A stretch of DNA of 63,639 bases, counting the filler, from Atractiella rhizophila (taxonomy: Eukaryota), in assembly GCA_021432655.1 (NCBI GenBank). It is 14 parts of 14 records of this genome, joined end to end, with 100 filler letters (N's around TTAATTAATTAA, not from the genome) between each part and the next. Parts side by side here need not be neighbours in the genome. Positions count along the whole stretch, not along the records: positions 32,135 to 36,602 come from MU272459.1; positions 36,703 to 41,169 come from MU272460.1; positions 41,270 to 45,697 come from MU272461.1; positions 45,798 to 50,199 come from MU272462.1; 10 more parts are not named here. The stretch is one strand, 5' to 3'. The translations under genes and the position numbers were made by a program. Below the pieces are notes generated by a model, which had not been told where the DNA came from, searched no databases, and worked only from the letters and a program-made list of their open reading frames with translations. Below, piece by piece: positions 35,835 through 46,955 of this stretch (within the stretch, counting starts at the first letter, position 1; the number at the start of each line of letters is the position of its first letter).

Positions 35835-38190
35835 CTCGCATTCGTTCGGGCTCGTGCTTCCCCTCACCAAAGCCCCATATGGCCAAAAGGGAATTGCAAT
35901 TTTTGGATCCGAGTCTCGAGTGGTAAAACGCCTAGTTCCACTGTCGTCAGTTAATGGAAGGGTGGTACATGTATGGCAACTGCTGTCACTTGCACCAAGC
36001 AGCATGAGAAGTCCACGATGTTGTCAACGGACCTGTGTTTCGGAAAAATGTTTCTTGAGCACTCTTAGGAAGTGTGTTGGCACCTTCTAACAACTCAGCA
36101 AAAGCTGTATAACCGAAACCACCAAGCTGAATGTCAACTGGCTTTGTGGGATGTGGGACACTGATAATCAGGCAATCGATTGACGGCACAACGCAAGTAT
36201 CCAAGATTCATATCCCGAAATCCATTTTACGCGTTGTACACGTGGTAAAATGACATCCAATGATATCGTAACAAACTCATCAACATGAGGGAGAAGGAGC
36301 CCAAGGACAGAGGTACTACGAAATCTAGAGTTGGTATCGCACTAAAAGACTGACTATGGTATGTTGTATCTGGATCTTTGGGGAAAGAGTGAGAGATGAC
36401 ACTGAGAACGAGGACAGCCGATAAATTTATAATTTTGATGAACCTGAAGACCAGAAAGAGAAATCAACGAACTATACAGGGATTGATGTGACTTTTGTAA
36501 CTTTTGAGAGAGCAAGAGGGAAAGAGACGAAGTGCGGAAGTGTGATAAAACCGACAAAAATCGTGTTTTGATATTCTGTCGACGAGATGGAAACTGTTCT
36601 TGNNNNNNNNNNNNNNNNNNNNNNNNNNNNNNNNNNNNNNNNNNNNTTAATTAATTAANNNNNNNNNNNNNNNNNNNNNNNNNNNNNNNNNNNNNNNNNN
36701 NNGGAGAACAGATCCCATTGTCTATCAGCATCTAGTGAAGCAAAATGCTCTCTGCCCAACTCCAGAAGCTCCAACTCCTCTCCACTCGTCACCGCCTCCT
36801 CTTCTGGGTTTTGGCCTTCTTTCGGGGGTATGTACGAGGTGGGTTCGATTCTCTGTTGCATCACATTTTGTCACCCTTGAAGTAGTGCCTGCACACAATT
36901 TCTTCAGCTCTTTCTGAGATTCCTCATGGCTGAAAAAACACGAGACACAAAGTTGATGAGGATCCCCCCCCCCAACGAGGGTGCTGCTCAGTTTGTGATG
37001 AACAAATGCAACAGACAGTGATCGATTCGTTTTTCGCAGATTGAGTTAGAATGAAACAAATTCTGGGGACATCTTCTCTGGAGTTCCTTACTGCTGCTCT
37101 ACATCCCGAAGAAAAGTGAGAATCAAAAATGTCGCTTTAGCTAATGCAGGTCCCAGTTGATCCTTTAACCACAAGTTGGCGGTTCTAGAGATGCCTTATT
37201 TGTGATGACAGACAATTTCATACGCTGTGCCTTGGCCGTTAATATGATATTAAATACGCTGGGCTGGAGTGTACGGCCTGCCAAAATGCGCAAAACTGTT
37301 TGTTTATTAGCTGAAGACTTTTGAAGGCCTGAAGATGCGAACCAACGTGCTTTGCACACACGTTCATAAAATGCATATCCTTTTTCAGATATCATGAAGT
37401 GCTATAGCTTGAAAGCAGTTACCATGACAATCTACTCAATGTTTTTCCCAAGGCAGGTACATTCTTTACTTATATACCTTTCCCATTCTTTTTTATGGCT
37501 TATGATTTCATTTTGATGAAGTGTTGGGTCATAGAAAAGCATAAGAACGTCCCCTTGGTTCTCATATGATCCTATCGGTGATGAATTTTCCGCCCTCATA
37601 AATTGGTATATCGTTAACTCTGTAGTACAGCGTGCTTTATATATGGATGGACAGTTCCCTGTTCTGCTTCATCCAATGGAGAAGAGGTGAGTTCTCTCAA
37701 TTTCTGTCTCGAAGTGGTGCTAGCGTACTCATTTTTTGGGGTGTAGAAGGCACCATGAACCCTATCATATCGCCAGGTATTGGCATCAACGCACTGGAGG
37801 CAGTCTTAGGACCACTTATGATGATCCCACAGTATGGGCACTGTCCAAGAACTTTTTCTTGACTGCTGTGGCCTCAATAGGTTCGTTTTCCTCCTATTTT
37901 CTCTCACATCTTTGCCTAATTCATAGTTATGGAGATATATTGCAGTTTGTCACCTAGACAGTTCTGAGAGACCATCAAGAGAAGGGTCAAGGAGGGATAT
38001 TAATATGATGATTCTGCAGATCATGATAGAGAAGGAGGCTGTTGACCATTGTAAAAGGCAACTCTGACTTGCCTTGGAGTCAGTTTATAGAGTTAGAATA
38101 GAAATAATTCTGATTTACATGATTTATATCGGATTATCAGTATTGTCATTACACCATGAGAGGCTGAGTTCTTGATTCCTACTAACATTT

Positions 38191-38278
38191 AGGGTTCAAC
38201 CCTGCCTATGATAGAAATATGATCCTGGGCAACCAGGGTACAACCCTGCCTGTGATAGAAACAGGATTGTGGTCAAAA
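38191..38278. repeat. Two tandem copies of a 44-bp unit
   Basis: AGGGTTCAACCCTGCCTATGATAGAAA at 38191 and AGGGTACAACCCTGCCTGTGATAGAAA at 38235. Confidence 0.8.
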
Positions 38279-38289
38279 TCTTGTATTCT

Positions 38290-39390
38290 GGTCAACACTG
38301 TCTGGCAAAGTCGTGGTCCTTTCTACAACATATACATCATATATCTAATCTCTATAAATGGATTCTTCTTCACAGTGGACTGCCCTGTGGAGGTTCAACA
38401 TATATCTACCAGAGAGTACAGTGCATTCAATATTGTACAAATTGTTTTCATGAGAGTTGATGTAGGAGGTGTTTACGCACCATGTGCATTCTTTATATAT
38501 ATTCTTTCCTATATGCCAATGTATGGACATCAAGGATTGGACCTGACAATCTAATTTCAAAGAAAAGATATTACAATACTCAAATATTAAGAACACTGTA
38601 AAGGGGCATGGGCTGGTGAATTTTGAATGAAATGATCAATATCAATAGATTATCAACAACAGCTTAAGAGGGATTATAGGCAGGGACAATTGATACCATG
38701 CAGAAGATATCTCATACAAGTAAGAACACACTATATATATCCTTGAGCCATACAAGGTGAGGAATATGTGCAGATCATCTTGATATATATATAAACTTGA
38801 AAGTATGACCATGAGCAGGATGCCAGAGACATTATATGTAGTGATAGCAATTAAAGTAAACAGTTTGTTAAGACTGATCTGCAACTATGAGGCGCTAGAG
38901 AACTTGTTGTAAATGAAGTGCAAAGCAAGATAAGGATAAGTACAGCATTTTAGAATGATTGTGAGTTAGCCCTGACATAGAAGGTGGGTTCAGAAATATA
39001 GCATCAAGGAAGTTTATAAATGCTATTGTTCAAATGATTGATTGATTGTTAATAAACACGTCATTCTCGCTCTCTTTACTTTTAAGTGGGAAGAAAGTGC
39101 ATGTAATAATGGAAAAGATAAAACATTAAGGCATGGGCAGGCCAATACTACATCATCCTAGGTGAAGCAGGCAAGACCGGACAACCTGTCTGGCAGTCTT
39201 ATACCACCTACATATACAGTGTGTATAAACCTCATATATCAACTGTTATTTGAATGTGCTGTGTTCAATGTGGATGTATATTGGACGTGCATCAGGGCAG
39301 TCTACTGTGGTGAAGACTTCAATGGATATGGGATTGGATGTGTATTTCAGAGAGGGCCATGACAGTGCCTGATGGTGCTGACTGGTTAAC
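38290..39390. repeat. Diverged inverted repeat (~150-bp arms) in AT-rich, CpG-poor relic DNA
   Basis: 38290-38435 (..TTCTTCACAGTGGACTGCCCTG..AGTGCATTCAATA) aligns by eye with the reverse complement of 39245-39390 (..TTCACCACAGTAGACTGCCCTG..AGCACATTCAAATA). Confidence 0.65.
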
Positions 39391-40899
39391 AGCCTGGTGT
39401 TTGAATGAGCACTGAGTACAAACGTACAATGTCAGAGTTTGGCACCGTTTTAAGCTGCATTCGTGCCACTGTCATTTTGTGGCTCTAGTTTTCTTTCCCC
39501 TTTGCCATCTCTCTCATTTTGCCTCATTCCTTAAGGTATAAAAACCCATTATAACTTCATTGTAACTCATTCCTTTCGACCCTTGGAATCAACAGATGCT
39601 GGCTCCATCTCGTGACGCTTGAACGGGATAAGTTGAATCAACAATGACCTCTACGACCTCTCTTGATCCACAACAGGTTGATAACCTTTGAAGTCATCAT
39701 CTGAGACTGAAGAACTCGCGAATGTCTGCCTGCGCGCAAACGCGCAAAGATCACCAAAACAATATGTTCAATGCGCTAATTTTGCGCGGCAGAAAAGAAC
39801 GCAACCTTTTTCTTTTTACTTGGATTGCTGGACTGGGACTGTTTCGACCACGGAGGGCCTACTGAAGGGCGAACTAATTCTAGATAGGTGTGTTCTCCAC
39901 ATCGGGGAGAACGAGCAGTTTTGTCTCACATCACACACTGTAGCTTGAACATCCTGGATGAAGTGCTCACGATGTTAAAGGCTGGAGTGCAGGATCCCTT
40001 GGCGATAAGTGCGCTGGAACTCGAGATAGGCAAATCAGGGCTTCTATCACTACTTCGCGAAGGAACGGCCGCATTTTGGATTCAGGTGAGCATTGACACT
40101 TGACCTGAGCTTACCTTTCAAAGCTGTTGCTGATGGCTCGTCTCTATTTTTTCTCGTTCTTCCACGGTCACCCATGGGGGTGTCCAGGCTGCTCCTGCAA
40201 CTGGGTGGTCGTGCTGGCCGAGTGGGGGTCATGTGGCTGCCTCTGTCGTCCTTTCGCCGGGTGAGGTGTTTCTGTACCTAGGCCGAGGGGTTGGCTTGTG
40301 CGAAGTACTGGTAGGCGTGGAGAAATTAGCCCGAGTTGGGGGGTATTGCTGGGGTTCACGAAAGGTGGGATGGCGCCCGCTGCTTGCACAAAGCTGGCGG
40401 GGAATCCCCTGCGGCGACACCAAAGGTCTTCGCGATTGTGGATGCCCGCCATATCGTCATCATAGATGTAGAACGAATCTAACCAATAAAAGGCCGAAGA
40501 CAGTCAACCCGGAGTAACCCTGGTTCTCTCTTCTCTCTTTCCTTCCTCCTTCGCCGAGACTTGATGAGCCCATCGGATGCTGAGAGTTGTCAAGAATCGG
40601 ATCTCACGTCGTGGCCAAAACACAAAATGAGATAAATGAGGTATAAAAGCACCTTGCCATCCCCAAACACTCTGTAAGACCTGTCGGATCCAGCAAGGTG
40701 AAGAAACAAAATGTGGAGTGCCTGAACATCCTCCAACTTCGATGGTGAGGGCTGGGATGTGGTGAGAAATGGCCCTCAGGGGCTAGTGGACTTTGGAGTG
40801 TGAGTCATGCCAATCTGTTTGAAGTGTTATAAAAATCAAAATCTAACCCCTTAGGGCCGCGGTGACTTGTGACGTCCCAAGTTCAAGTCGTCGATTTCG

Positions 40900-41169
40900 A
40901 TGGCCACGAGTCCGAGTCCCCCCCCTACTCTTCGTCTCAAAGCTACAACCCCCCCCGCTAGCAACACCGCCAATCCCTCTCTAATAAAACCTACCCCGAA
41001 GCGGCTGGCTAGTAGCTCCAACCATGACGGTCAAATCATTCCAGCGACAGAGAACGAAGATGCCTACGACTTCATCTGCGCCGATATGAAGGGGAAATAC
41101 GCAACTTTGTCTGTGGACAAGTTTCTACAAATGCTGCCGCGGTACACCGACCCACCACACAGCTCCCTC
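40900..41169 (+). CDS. 5' end of a gene; N-terminus resembles fungal FunK1-type kinases
   Basis: A Pro/Thr-rich start with TPKR, then YDFICADMKGKYATLSVDKFLQMLP. No kinase motif is present before the scaffold ends. Confidence 0.4.
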
Positions 41170-41269
41170 NNNNNNNNNNNNNNNNNNNNNNNNNNNNNNN
41201 NNNNNNNNNNNNNTTAATTAATTAANNNNNNNNNNNNNNNNNNNNNNNNNNNNNNNNNNNNNNNNNNNN

Positions 41270-41631
41270 CTGAGTAAGCAGACACCTTCTGAGGTTGTAA
41301 AGGAAGGTCTGAGGATCACAGATCTGTCTTGATCATTGAAATTGAGCGAAATTTGAGTGCAGGAAGGGTGAAAATGTCGTCTGGAGGAGGGGGAAGATGG
41401 GTGTGGCAAAGTGCAATCCTAGCCACCAGCTCTCACTACCATGTGAGGATCTAAGGCTAGGAGCAGTTGGTGGTCAATAATGAGACATTAGAGAAGTATA
41501 GAGAGACATACCTAGGAGTAGTTGGTGGTCAATAATGAGCACCAACATTCCTAGGCAGAACTAAACTACATAGTGATGACTCATATGAGTCATAAGACGC
41601 AGATGACCAAAACAACACACTACAACTAACA
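41270..41631 (-). mobile_element. 5' LTR (190 bp, 41631-41442) of an LTR retrotransposon with PBS and leader
   Basis: The minus strand reads TGTTAG...TCACA immediately followed by the PBS TGGTAGTGAGAGC. The whole block is homologous to 56260-56625. Confidence 0.85.
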
Positions 41632-41765
41632 CTTTCCACACATGTGTCCCATCTTTCCAAACATCGTTCCCATGTTTCGAAACATGTTTCCCATCTTTCC
41701 AAACATCGTTCCCATATTTCCCATCTTCCTAAACGTGTTTCCCATCTTTGCAAACAGGGTTCCCA
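41632..41765. repeat. Degenerate 21-bp tandem repeat, cut by the LTR insertion
   Basis: Units AAACATCGTTCCCATGTTTCG, AAACATGTTTCCCATCTTTCC and similar; about 6 copies. Confidence 0.85.
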
Positions 41766-43724
41766 GGTTAGCACCTCAGCGGATGGAACAGAATCAATGA
41801 ACTGATCTCTAGCGGAAGCCACCAGGGCTTCACTTCATTCCATTGCACGAAGTCCTCTCGTCAACCTTACCCGTCAATCATCCAGAATCGACGAAGGGAC
41901 ACGAACAACCATTTCTGTCGCTGCCTCTCCTCTACCCTAAGACGAGCTCTCTCTATCGCTCTAATCTCGAACCAACAAAATCAATGGTACTTTACGAGTA
42001 AATAATGGTAAAGTAAAGGGTAAAGTAAGGTAACCTAAGGTATAAGTGCGAAGACTGTTCTCATCCCATTCAAAGCACAAATAAACGTTTGATCGCCACC
42101 ATATTCTTGCATTCTCAATTAACGTGCACTCGCAAACAGCAGAGCAAATTGCTAGCACCTCTCAGACCCCTTCACCTCCTTCCTCCGCGGTGTCAACAAC
42201 TGCTCCGAAGAAACAAAACAAGACCAAGATTACTCGTAACAGGAAGTATTTGGCTTGTGATGTTGGTCTCCCCTTCTTCCCCCTCCGTTCTCTTAATACT
42301 ATTTGTCATTCGTTAGGGCGTGCCGCAAATGGAGGAGGAAGTATGAGAAGGAGAGTGAGATGGACAAATGCAAGGGTACAGTGACAGGGAGATCTGGTGT
42401 GCTTCTTTGTAGGACATCAGTTCCCTTTCTCACTTGGTAGTACAGCTGCGAAACCACCTACGTTCAAGTGATAAAGCGACAAAGCAAGCCAAGGCTGTCA
42501 AGTATGTCCTCGCTAGCTTTTCAGTTTTTGATATCGATCGTCAATGGACCACATAGATTCCTCTTTCAGCCTCCCAACTCTGTCAATGCTGTATACCCTT
42601 CAGGGAGTATGCCTTTTCACATCTACCCACAAGCCATGTGAGCACCGATTATCCCTCCATTCCCATTGGACAACCATCTGAACGGTCAAAGCTTGGTGGG
42701 CTCCATTTCACCTCCGTTCCCTGACCGTGAGTTTTAGACTCGAAGTGTGCGACTACTCACTGTCTTGTAGACTTCCAATTAACATCTGCTCTACAATCGC
42801 ATGTCCAGTCTCATACGACAGGCTACGTCTGCCTAGTCTTCTAGAAGACGTCAAACCGCGGTTGCCAACCGTTTCTGCTGCACATATTCCGTATCATTTG
42901 GCCAACGCCCACGGCTTTTGATCCTCACCATCACCGTGACTATATGTTTATTCCTTTGGCACTGTTTATAGACATTATTGCCCGACTTTAGAGGACTTGA
43001 GCTTTCTTCATTCTGTGCCCATATGCCTTCTGTTTCTACTAGTACATTACAAATACTTTGCAATTAATGGCCTCATGACTGCTTAAATAATATTGTTGAT
43101 TCCTTGGGTAAATTGACGGTGATATTGAACATTCATGTCTAGCGTTTTCCCTCGCATGTTATATACTTCCCGTAACTCACGCTACCCCTTCCGTAACGAT
43201 CTCCACCCCTCCTTAACTTGTTTTCCAACCACAGCCAAGGGGTGTTGCGTCCCATTAGATTCACATTAGGTGCCATGTCTCCTCTGAAAACAAATGCTAG
43301 GCACCATTCATGGCATATCCATGTTGATGAGTTATTCGCATTTGAGCAGGAGGCCTTGAAAAGTGTTCACAGCGTAGAATTTGGAGTCCCCTATGTGCGC
43401 AGCTCTGTTCTCAGCCCCAACTTTTGGAATACTCAAAGAACGAACCCGTTGAACCATATAACATGCTAAACTTATCACGAATCTCTGCGTTCGTCTGGCA
43501 GAAAGGCGGCCAACAAAGTCAGTCCCGAAATCGGCTTTGGACAACTGAAACGATGAAGTCCACAGATTGCAATCTTGGTTCAATCAGAATTGTTATTCTA
43601 TTGTGGCACCTAACTCTGGCTGGATTTACCTCAGCATACCTGTTCTACTGGGCATATTTTTCGCTGGCCTGATTTCCTTATTAGCAACATAACCTCATTC
43701 TCCTTCTCTTCTCTAACCCCTAAC

Positions 43725-43995
43725 AAGAATCTATGTCGGCACCATCTCCTATGCCACCGAACATGATATCCTCCATGACCGCTAGAGGATTCTCATATAA
43801 TATAATGCAGGAACCGTCAGAGCCCCAACATCGCAGGGGGTATGCCTTTGTTGTCTTTCAAGCTCTCAAACAAGTGCAGAAAGCAGGTACGTTTTCTTCA
43901 ATTCTGGAAAACAAATGTTAACTTCTGGAAGTCAACACTATTGACGGTCAAATGGTAGACGGGAGATGTATTCGAGTGCACTATGCTGTCAGTGA
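43725..43995 (+). pseudogene. RRM-domain pseudogene
   Basis: RNP2 RIYVGTISYAT is followed by TAG and a frame change. RNP1 RRGYAFVVF, an intron, then VNTIDGQMVDGRCIRVHYA. Confidence 0.7.
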
Positions 43996-44890
43996 CCTAC
44001 CATTGGAATGTACTGGACTGACTGACGGTTCAAAAAACCCGGCTGCCTGATTTCGGAAAGCGCACTTGTCTTGGAAGGGAACTTGCACACAACTTGTCGC
44101 GTTATACTTTTGTTAAAGATATTATCAATCAAGCAATCAATATTATCAATATTCCTATGTTAACGTGCTAGCAGAAAGCAAAAATGCAACATCCATCAAC
44201 ATGTTCTTGGAAATAGCATATGACATACATATTGCTGGCTAACACACAATCTCATTACAAAGAATAATTATTCTTCGCTTAAGTTCGACGAATAGTCCTT
44301 CGACAATGTGTTTCATTTCTTCCTATTTAGCTTACCTAAATCTCATATCACACAAAAGCATATTGAAAACTTGAAAGCAATAGCTCGGCGGTACTTAGAG
44401 GGCAACAAGAGAGCAATGACAGCAGCCTTGTTGGACTCCTCTTAATCTTCTTTTAGGCAAAAGCTAGGATTGTTACATAATAAAGTAAGACAACTCGTTC
44501 TTTTAATGATTGATACCCTTCAAGTGTTCATTTTACTTCCTTATGATTTTCAGTACAACAAGGAAATAGGTGAGAGATTTGTATATATCAGTTTGACAAT
44601 TGGATATCATTCCAGCCATAGCTATTAACTCTTACAGAGTAAAGTGTACTTTATTGGCATTAACATGTAAATATCTGAGCATCTTTAAGAAGCTAAACAT
44701 CCTGGAAAACACGAACTCCTGGACGTGTCAAAGTCACGTGAGCTACCCCTTTCTTTTCGTTCCGTTCTGATTACAGCAACATCAGTATATTTTTTTGGTT
44801 GTAATATCTAGTGAGTTATTCTCTATCCTCTCATGCTTTCGGCATATTGATGTGGAATCTAGATACGACAATCCTTCAGATATTCAATTC

Positions 44891-45624
44891 ATGGACAATA
44901 CGCTCTCGAATGATTACTGCTGGCCTGTTACTGCAACCCATCAAGGATTTGAGCACTTAGCGGGAGAATGTAATCGGCCAGAGCCTAATAATGGAGGTAT
45001 TAATGGGTTTAACACTACAAATCACAGAGTTTGTGCATATTTTTCTTATTTGTTGAAGGGATATCCTAAATGTCAATGGATACGATTGCTAGCATATGCT
45101 ACACAAAATGGCATTCATCAATATCCAAATCATCTCTTTAATTCAGTCAGGGACAATCCATTTTTTGTCTCTGATGTGTGGAAAGATGCTGGTCATTCTC
45201 TTTTCGTACTGGAAAAGGGGATGCATTTAATCAGGACCCCGATCACCCTGTACCGGTCACAACTCCTTCAAATGTTAATTCAGCTCCACTTTCAACCTCC
45301 TATCTGCCGATGCCAACTTTCGCGAACTCCGACGAGAGTACCGGTTCATCTGCTCTCAATACACAACCCTTTCCACCGCTTCATCAGTCCCAGTACCATC
45401 TCTCCTTTCCTCAGGTTTACAGAAGCTACTTGTTGAAAACTCCTCTTATCCACAGCAATCTTTCTTCAAACATTTGCTCAAGTCCATGGCAAACCCATCT
45501 TGCCTCACCAGCAGAACCACTTTTTCCACTCTCAAAACAAACACACCTTCCTCAACCCAAAGTCCCACCCTCCAGCCAGCCTGAATCTCAATTTCATCAA
45601 GAATGCCTTGACTATCCCTACTGA
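44891..45624 (+). CDS. Hypothetical Pro/Ser-rich protein fragment
   Basis: Overlapping ORFs 44795-45436 and 45178-45624, low complexity, no domain recognised. Confidence 0.3.
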
Positions 45625-45697
45625 ATGACCCAGAAATCTGTGCCATTCTTCGTACCTGGCTCCGAACCAAAAAGTGGTCGATGGACCCAACAAAACT
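45612..45697 (+). mobile_element. Fragment of a fungal DDE (Tc1/IS630-like) transposase at the scaffold edge
   Basis: LSLLNDPEICAILRTWLRTKKWSMDPTK resembles a motif I recall from basidiomycete transposase-like proteins (SLL.DP.I...LR.YLRSNKWSM.P.KL). No catalytic residues are visible. Confidence 0.5.
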
Positions 45698-46955
45698 NNN
45701 NNNNNNNNNNNNNNNNNNNNNNNNNNNNNNNNNNNNNNNNNTTAATTAATTAANNNNNNNNNNNNNNNNNNNNNNNNNNNNNNNNNNNNNNNNNNNNTGG
45801 AGCAGGAAACTGATTGCCCACGCATTCGGCCCCATTCCCGCTATACGTAACCATCCTTCTAAGGTGAAAAAGGGAATCAAGCTAAGCCTGAGAAATGTGT
45901 TATCTGACAATTCGTTGTAACGACGCCAGCTAATTCAGTCTGCAATACCGCGTTCCGTTTGCGTTGCAAAATAGTGGATCGTCTGTTTGAGTGAAAAAAG
46001 AGATGTATACATATCCAAAAGTTTGCAAGTTCCCCCATTCATGTTTGTTCGGTATGGTACCAACGGTACTCACACAATCACCTCCTAACCCTGTCAGCAT
46101 TCGCTAAGCTGAAGAAGGATGAGAGTGATAACTGATTTGCTCAAAGGATACGCGCGAAGCAGTAGAATGAAAGTGATCAGCTTCATCAGAAGAACTTAAG
46201 CTACGCAATACAAGTTGGAGCTGCTTAACTTTGTCTCCAACACTGCTTAACGACGGCCATCAGTCCACGAAAGTCTGATTTGAACAGACAGTGGTCGAGG
46301 TACAACTCTACGACAAGCGCACAAATACACAAATACACAGATACATGAGGGAACACGTACTTCATCTGCTCATCCAATTCTCCTTGTCACCAGTCACTGT
46401 TTCAAAATTCAAATGTTCAAGACATCGCTCCAAGCCGCCACATTCAACCGTTTCAAACAAGGTCCCAAAGCATTGAAAGTAATCGCAACTGGTCGTCGTA
46501 ATTGTGTGACCTCGGTGGTCACGTGATTATGAGGAAGTCAACCTCGCAACTTCCAAGTCACACATGCTTTACAGCTGCCTTTCATATAGATTTAGACATT
46601 TCTACTGCGTGTCGGAGCTCTTTCTTATCCAATGTACGCGTAATTATCCCGCATTTAACTACACCATTTACAAGATGCCATTGCAGTCAGGACAGAACTT
46701 GAACGGACTCTCAGCTTTAGGACGATACCACAGTCGATCGAGTATTGCAACTGGTGAATCATAGTTGGGACATGGGGCAGGAAAGCTCCATAGACATTCA
46801 GCAAATAAGTCCCGCGTCCGTTCTTCCTCACTCCCTCTGACTGCTGCTGCTTCTTTGTTCGATGAATAACGAGTAGATGCTGACTCCCGCCTGCGTTTAG
46901 CTGAACGAAAATTCTATCAACTGAGCAACCTTCGAACCAACAGAGTTCCACAAGC

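Noticed and set aside
38760..38800. YQDDLHIF as a reverse-transcriptase YxDD motif
   Set aside because: It is an isolated match in AT-rich decayed DNA with no other RT motifs around it.
40841..43725. Telomere-like TAACCC/TTAGGG words near 40843 and 43713
   Set aside because: Only one or two imperfect units each, which is expected by chance.
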